NCBI GenBank assembly: GCA_963813535.1
Contig: CAWEZH010000003.1
Span: forward strand, 384,001-448,000
Source of the DNA: an uncultured Chloroflexia bacterium
Lineage (GTDB): Bacteria; Chloroflexota; Limnocylindria; Limnocylindrales; CSP1-4
Length of the DNA: 64,000 bases
Direction: 5' to 3'
The translations under genes were made by a program, and so were the position numbers. Shown here in pieces: positions 59,814 through 64,000 of the stretch. The notes under the pieces are model-generated. The model had not been told where the DNA came from. It saw only the letters and a list, made by a program, of their open reading frames with translations, and did no database searches. Within the stretch, counting starts at the first letter, position 1, and the number at the start of each line of letters is the position of its first letter.

Positions 59814-61917
59814 CGGAGGAATGCGGCCGCCACCCCGGCGTCGACGGGGATGTGGAGCCCTGTCGTCTGCGAGAGGTCACCACCAACCAGGGCGAAGACG
59901 GCAGCAGCGACGTGCTCGGGAAGGACTTCCTTCTTGAGGAGGGTCCGCTGGGCGTAGAACTCGCCAAGCTTGTCCTCCGGCACACCGTAGGTCCGGGCTC
60001 GATCGGCACCCCAGCCCTTGGCGAAGATGCCGGACCCGCGAACGACACCGTCCGGATTGACCCCGTTCACGCGGATCCCGAACTCGCCGAGTTCGGCAGC
60101 AAGGAGCCGGACCTGATGTGCCTGGTCCGCCTTCGACGCGCCGTATGCGACGTTGTTCGGACCCGCGAACAGCGCGTTCTTGCTCACGACGTAGACGAGG
60201 TCCCCGCCAAGCCCTTGCTCGCGCATGACCCGCGCCGCCTCGCGCGATACGAGGAATGACCCGCGCGCCATGACGTCGTGTTGAAGGTCCCAGTCCTCGA
60301 TCGTCGTATCGAATAGTGACTTGGAGATCGAAAGGCCGGCGTTGTTGATGACGATGTCCACGCCCCCGAATGCCAGGATCGCGTCGCGGAGCGCTGCCGC
60401 CACCTGCGCCGGATCGGTGACGTCACATCCGACGCCGATCGCGACATCCGATCCGCCGATCTCGCGGGCGACCGTCTCGGCGCTCCCAGCGTCGATATCC
60501 GCGACGACGACACACGCGCCCTCGGTCGCGAGGCGAAGAGCGATCGCCCGGCCGATCCCGGAGCCGCCACCGGTCACGAAGGCGATCCGGGCCGCCAAGG
60601 GCTTCCGCTTCGGCGCTCGCGCGAGCTTGGCCTCCTCGAGCGACCAGTACTCGATGCGGAACTTCTCCGACTCCGGGATCGGGTCGTAGGTAGAAAGCGC
60701 CTCGGCGCCACGCATCACGTTGATCGCGTTGACGTAGAACTCGCCTGCCACGCGTGCCGGTCTGCTTGTCCGTGCCGAAGCTGAACATCCCGACACCGGG
60801 AACCAGAACGATGGCCGGATCGGCGCCGCGCATCGGCGGGCTGTCAGGGGTCGCATGCCGCTCGTAGTAGGCACGGTACGCGTCGCGGTACTCCACGTGC
60901 AGGGCACGCAGGCGGGTCTCGACCTCCTCGAGCTCGGCCGTGCCGGGCAGATCCAGGACGAGGGGCCGGACCTTCGTGCGGAGGAAGTGGTCGGGACACG
61001 ACGTGCCGAGCTCGGCCAACCTCGGCATCGACGCACGGGCGACGAAATCGAGCACGACGTCGGTGTCCGTGTAGTGGCCGACCTGCGGTCGGTCGGTCGA
61101 GGCGAGGCCGCGCAGCAGTGGCAGGAGGGCCGCGGCACGATCGTGGCGAACGGCCTCGGGGAGCGGTTCGTGGCCCTCGACGAGTGGCCCGAATGGCTCG
61201 GGTCGGCCGTGGTCGGCGATGAAGCGCTCGGCGGTCCGGATGATGTCCAGCGAGTTGGCCTCGCAGGCCGCGGACGTGTCGCCCCAGGCCGTGATGCCGT
61301 GGCCACCGAGCACGACCCCGATCGCTTCGGGCCGGTCGCGCCGGATCGCCGCCACGTCCAGCCCGAGTTGGAAGCCGGGTCGCCGCCACGGCATCCAGGC
61401 GACACGATCGCCGAAGCAGTCGCGCGTCAGCCGTTCGCCGTCGGCTGCGGTGGCCAGCGCGATGCCCGAGTCCGGGTGCAGGTGGTCGACGTGGTCCGCC
61501 TCGACGAGCCCGTGCATCGCGGTGTCGATCGATGGCGACGCGCCGCCGCGCCCGAAGAGGCAATGGTCGAACGCCGCGACCATCTCGTCCTCGCTATCGA
61601 CGCCCGGGTAGACATCGACGAGCGCACGCAGACGGTCCAGCCGGATGACGGCGAGCCCGGCCTCGGTCAGCGTGCCGAGGTCGCCACCGGAGCCCTTGAC
61701 CCACAGCAGCTCGACCTCCCGGCCGGTCACCGGGTCGGTGGCGGCGCCCTTGGCGGACGTGTTGCCGCCCGCGTAGTTGGTGGTGCGCGGAATCGGCGCC
61801 CAGACGACGCGACCGCTCGACGAGCTGGTCCACGACGGAATGGGTGCGCCGCCCGGGCTCGGAGGAGGTGAGACCGGGCGGCGTTGGGCTGATGGCGCGG
61901 GTGCGGGTCTCGCTCAT
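59810..61917 (-). CDS. rhaD: Bifunctional rhamnulose-1-phosphate aldolase/short-chain dehydrogenase; +1 frameshifts near 61790 and 60760
   Basis: NYAGGNTS, KGSGGDL, DHLHPD, CPDHFLRTK, IEYW.LEEAKL, TGGGSGIG, YGASKA across three frames. Confidence 0.9.
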
Positions 61918-61980
61918 TCGTCTCGAAGCGTACTCCGGGCCGGCGCCCCGGCATCTGCTGCCCCGTCAGCGTGGCACAGG

Positions 61981-62057
61981 TTTCGTTTGATTTCAATCAT
62001 ATTCTTGACATTGCGAAGAAGCGTCATCTACCTTGCCTTCTCGCAAGGGTTCGAAAC
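61981..62057 (+). promoter_or_regulatory. Sigma70-type promoter and probable DeoR operator region of the rhamnose cluster
   Basis: AT-rich patch; TTGACA 62005 and TACCTT 62029 (18-bp spacer); inverted repeats TTGATTTCAA and TTGCGA...TCGCAA. Confidence 0.65.
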
Positions 62058-62082
62058 CGCCGACGAGGGACCGTCCGCGCCA

Positions 62083-62931
62083 ATGGATCCTCGGTATGAG
62101 ACCCGTGCCCACTTCGCCTCGGAACGCCAGCAGCTGATCGCACGGCTCGTGCAGGAGCACGGCCGAGCCCGTGTCGGCGATCTGGCCAGGCGGTTCGGCG
62201 TGTCTGCCGTCACGATCCGCAAGGACCTCCAGGCACTCGAGACGCAGGGACGCCTCGTCCGCGCCCACGGCGGGGCCATCGCCGCGGCAGGTAACCGCCC
62301 CGAGAGCGCGTTCGAGGTCCGCGAGCGCGTCCAGCCCGACGCGAAGGACCGTATCGGGCGGCTGGCGGCGGGCATGGTCGTCGACGGGGAGAGCATCGCC
62401 TTCGATGCCAGCACCACGGCGCTGGCGGTGGCGCGTCATCTGCGCGCTCGGGGCGGCTGGGTCCACCTCACTGTCATCACCAATGGCCTGCGGATCGCCC
62501 AGGAGCTCGCCGGCATCCCGGGCATCACGGTCGCCATGCCCGGCGGGTTCGTCCGCTGGGAGGCGCTGTCGGTCGTGGGGCCGCTCGGCGACGGGCTGTT
62601 CCGCAAGGTCAACGTGCAGCGAGCATTCCTCGGCGCCGCCGGCTTCAGCCTCGAGTCCGGACTGAGCGATGCCACCGAGGAAGAGGCGCAGATCAAGCGC
62701 TCGATGGCCGACGCTGCTCGGCAGGTCATCGGCATCGTCGACAGCACGAAATGGGGACGCTCGGCGTTCGCGACGTTCTGCCGGCTGTCCGACCTGTCGG
62801 CGGTCATCTCGGACGATGGAGCGCCGCCAGCCACGGTGGCCGCGCTGCGCGCGCGCGAGATCGACGTCCACCTCGTTGGCGACCCCGCTGAGGACATGGC
62901 CGTCGACGCCGTCTCGAGGGTGGAGTCGTGA
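62083..62931 (+). CDS. DeoR/GlpR-family transcriptional regulator
   Basis: ERQQLI, FGVSAVTIRKDL, RAHGGA, DASTT, DSTKW. Confidence 0.93.
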   Translation: MDPRYETRAHFASERQQLIARLVQEHGRARVGDLARRFGVSAVTIRKDLQALETQGRLVRAHGGAIAAAGNRPESAFEVRERVQPDAKDRIGRLAAGMVVDGESIAFDASTTALAVARHLRARGGWVHLTVITNGLRIAQELAGIPGITVAMPGGFVRWEALSVVGPLGDGLFRKVNVQRAFLGAAGFSLESGLSDATEEEAQIKRSMADAARQVIGIVDSTKWGRSAFATFCRLSDLSAVISDDGAPPATVAALRAREIDVHLVGDPAEDMAVDAVSRVES

Positions 62932-64000
62932 CGGTCGCGGAAGCGCCGGTGTCGACGGCACGGGCCTCACTGGTCGGCGTCGCGAAGCGTTTCGACGCGA
63001 CGCAGGCGCTCGACGATGTCTCGCTCGACCTTCGACCGGGTGAGGTCCACGGGCTGGTCGGGGAGAACGGCGCCGGCAAGAGCACGCTCGTCAAGATCCT
63101 GGCGGGCGTCCATCAACCCGACAGCGGCGCGGTCCTGCTCGACGGCGAGGAGATCACGCTCCACGGGCCGGCCCAGGCGCGAGCGCTCGGCATCGCCGTC
63201 GTCCACCAGGAGCCACGCCTGTTCCCGGACCTGACCGTCGCCGAGAACGTGTTCATCGGGCACGCCCCGGGCGGTGCGCTCGGCACGATCGACTGGGGCG
63301 CGATGCGGCGACAGGCGGTGGCGATCTTCGCGGGGCTCGGCGTGCGGATGGACCCCGGCGCCATCGTGCGCGGCCTGTCGATGGCCGACCAGCAGCTCAT
63401 CGAGATCGCCAAGGCGCTGTCGATCGAGGCCCGTGTCCTGATCCTGGACGAGCCGACCGCGTCGTTGTCGGCGCATGAGGTGGAGCGCCTGTTCACGATC
63501 GTGCGCCAGACGCGCGACCGTGGCGTGGCCGTCCTGTTCGTGAGCCATCGGCTCGACGAGGTGTTCGAGCTGTGCGACCGGGCGACGGTGCTGCGCGACG
63601 GCAAGCACGTCGTGACCGCGGCGACCTCGGATCTCAGCCCCGCGGACCTGGTGCGCCACATGGTCGGTCGGACCGTGTCCCTGTTCCCCAAGGTCGAATC
63701 GCCGGTCGGCGACGTCCTGCTCGAGGTCGACGGGCTGTCCCGCGGCGACGCCTTCCGCGATGTGAGCTTCTCGGTCCGGGCCGGGGAGATCCTGGGCTTC
63801 GCGGGTCTGGTCGGCGCGGGCCGGACGGAGGTCGCCCGCGTGCTGTTCGGCATCGACCGCGCCGATGCCGGCGAGATCCGGCTCGGCGGTCGGGCGGTCT
63901 CCTTCGCCAGCCCGTCCGCGGCGCTCGCTGCCGGGATCGCGTACGTGCCGGAGGATCGCCACCAGGACGGTCTCGTCCTCGACTTCCCGATCGCCTCGAA
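62928..64000 (+). CDS. Sugar (rhamnose) ABC transporter ATP-binding protein, partial
   Basis: Read manually: GENGAGKSTL, EIAKAL, LILDEPT, VSHRLDEV, GLVGAGRTE, YVPEDR; runs off window. Confidence 0.92.
   Translation, partial: MTVAEAPVSTARASLVGVAKRFDATQALDDVSLDLRPGEVHGLVGENGAGKSTLVKILAGVHQPDSGAVLLDGEEITLHGPAQARALGIAVVHQEPRLFPDLTVAENVFIGHAPGGALGTIDWGAMRRQAVAIFAGLGVRMDPGAIVRGLSMADQQLIEIAKALSIEARVLILDEPTASLSAHEVERLFTIVRQTRDRGVAVLFVSHRLDEVFELCDRATVLRDGKHVVTAATSDLSPADLVRHMVGRTVSLFPKVESPVGDVLLEVDGLSRGDAFRDVSFSVRAGEILGFAGLVGAGRTEVARVLFGIDRADAGEIRLGGRAVSFASPSAALAAGIAYVPEDRHQDGLVLDFPIAS

Noticed and set aside
1-64000. CRISPR array, prophage, integrase or transposase gene
   Set aside because: No regularly spaced repeats and no such protein motifs seen; tRNA-Sec is flanked by selA and selD with no sign of an integrated element.

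Overview
Very GC-rich (about 70% by eye) core-chromosome segment; gene style suggests Chloroflexota, possibly Limnocylindria (inference). It holds an oxidative pentose-phosphate operon (pgi-gnd-zwf-opcA-pgl), citrate synthase, corA, a YhaO/YhaN-type Mre11/SMC-like pair, and a complete selenocysteine machinery (selC-selA-selB-mobA, divergent selD). Next to that machinery is its client, a UGA/SECIS-recoded, split and permuted NAD-linked formate dehydrogenase operon with an adenylate cyclase embedded in it. The rest includes lysA, a large secreted Asp-box protein, rlpA, alkA, a ParB-like/metallophosphoesterase pair, betA, an M28 aminopeptidase and an L-rhamnose cluster cut by the window end. The most novel signals are two unannotated structured non-coding elements. 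One is a 183-nt 6S-like RNA with its own promoter under a DnaA-box-like cluster (15610-15792). The other is a roughly 145-nt structured element followed by an orphan Shine-Dalgarno, resembling an IS110-type non-coding end (bridge-RNA-like) without a recombinase (28725-28900). About eleven +1 frameshifts probably reflect long-read indel errors. No CRISPR array, rRNA or transposase gene was seen.
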